From the NCBI GenBank assembly GCA_046582655.1, contig JAYGDX010000264.1, positions 1-28,356 of the forward strand: a DNA stretch of 28,356 nt, written 5' to 3'. This document shows, piece after piece, positions 27,473-28,356 of the stretch. The DNA comes from Candidatus Poribacteria bacterium (GTDB lineage Bacteria; Poribacteria; WGA-4E; UBA9662). The stretch's first letter is position 1. Each line of letters starts with the position of its first letter. Both the position numbers and the translations under genes were made by a program. Under the pieces are notes generated by a model. The model was given only the letters and a program-made list of their open reading frames with translations, did no database searches and had not been told where the DNA came from.

Positions 27473-28258
27473 TTACTTTAAGTATTGGCTTGGTATCCTA
27501 GTTGGTTCATACTTTGCGCTAGGGTCCCGATTCAGGATTTCTTCTGGTATGCCTCCTTCCCAATTTTCAGGTACTGTTGCTGGACGGCCATGCCATCCTA
27601 AAAGTAATGTCCGTCTATGATTACTTTGGTTTCCCCTTGCTGCGTGTAAAACTCGCCCTTCCGCAATGACAAGTGAACCTGCCTTGATTGGAGAGTCAAT
27701 GGAATCGGGGTGGTCACAGAACATATGCGGATTATCTTCTGGTATATGGTAACCACCTTCAGCATGGGCAGGAACGAGGTGGTCATGTAAGGGAATTCGC
27801 TTGAGATGGGTGCCGGGAATGATACGAAAACAACCGTTTTCAATCTTGGTATCAACTAGGTAATAAGAAAGGAAAAGATACTGTGGCCAAGGAGCGCAAC
27901 TGATAGGGTCATTCCAACCCATCCAATCTTGGTGCCAGTATAGGGGCGGTCCTCCCGGTGGTTTGCTTAAGATGATAAATCCACCATGCGATTTAAAATC
28001 ACCCAGACCTAACGCTTCAAGTGCGTCCCTTGCTGGTTTCCAATTAATCAGCTGGTCAATCACTGGTTCATCTCTCCCTGACACATGAAGGTCAGAACCT
28101 TGGTATTTCCAATGTGGTGGATGTTCAACATCGTCAAGCATTCGGTCCGATTCCTGACGCAGCTCATCCAGGAACTCTTCATTTAAAATATTATCAATAA
28201 CACAATACCCGTCCTCGATTAACTGATTACGTTTCTTCTTGGCAATGTTTGGCATCAT
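27473..28258 (-). CDS. PhyH family dioxygenase
   Basis: EDGYCVI, KPPGGPPLYWHQD, NGCFRIIPGTH, KAGS..VLHAA..N.S..RR. Confidence 0.92.
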   Translation of the reverse strand: MMPNIAKKKRNQLIEDGYCVIDNILNEEFLDELRQESDRMLDDVEHPPHWKYQGSDLHVSGRDEPVIDQLINWKPARDALEALGLGDFKSHGGFIILSKPPGGPPLYWHQDWMGWNDPISCAPWPQYLFLSYYLVDTKIENGCFRIIPGTHLKRIPLHDHLVPAHAEGGYHIPEDNPHMFCDHPDSIDSPIKAGSLVIAEGRVLHAARGNQSNHRRTLLLGWHGRPATVPENWEGGIPEEILNRDPSAKYEPTRIPSQYLK

Positions 28259-28356
28259 AGTTAGTTTGTCCTTTTTCTATCCGTTTTAATAACAAGAACA
28301 TACTGAAAGTAGGGATTATATTCAAGTTAAAATTTTCTGAACACGATGCGTGTAAA

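Overview
Bacterial chromosomal window. Three PhyH dioxygenases, a DUF6785-type membrane protein, sugar-phosphate-isomerase TIM barrels and DUF4175/DUF5069-like genes suggest a Poribacteria/PVC-like genome, but this is inference only. The central block (about 5.1-14.3 kb, all + strand, preceded by an IS5 remnant) is a compact DNA-damage/ssDNA-processing locus. In order it holds sbcD-sbcC, a disrupted sigma-70 factor, ssb, a small RemA-like protein, a DEDDy/RNase H-like exonuclease, an HTH-WYL-WCX regulator, a small coiled-coil protein, a second tail-less ssb and a Rad52/Sak-like annealing protein. Four intergenic sites share a (C)GACA-N5-TGTC(G) dyad placed exactly 10 bp before a -10-like hexamer, the architecture known for the WYL activators DriD and PafBC. 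Several genes in the block carry stops or frameshifts. Next is a minus-strand iron-uptake operon (OM beta-barrel, cytochrome c, feoA, feoA, feoB, Cys-rich peptide) flanked by non-canonical Fur-like TGAGACTnAGTCTCA palindromes. The rest of the window is metabolic and envelope genes plus one TIM-barrel remnant.
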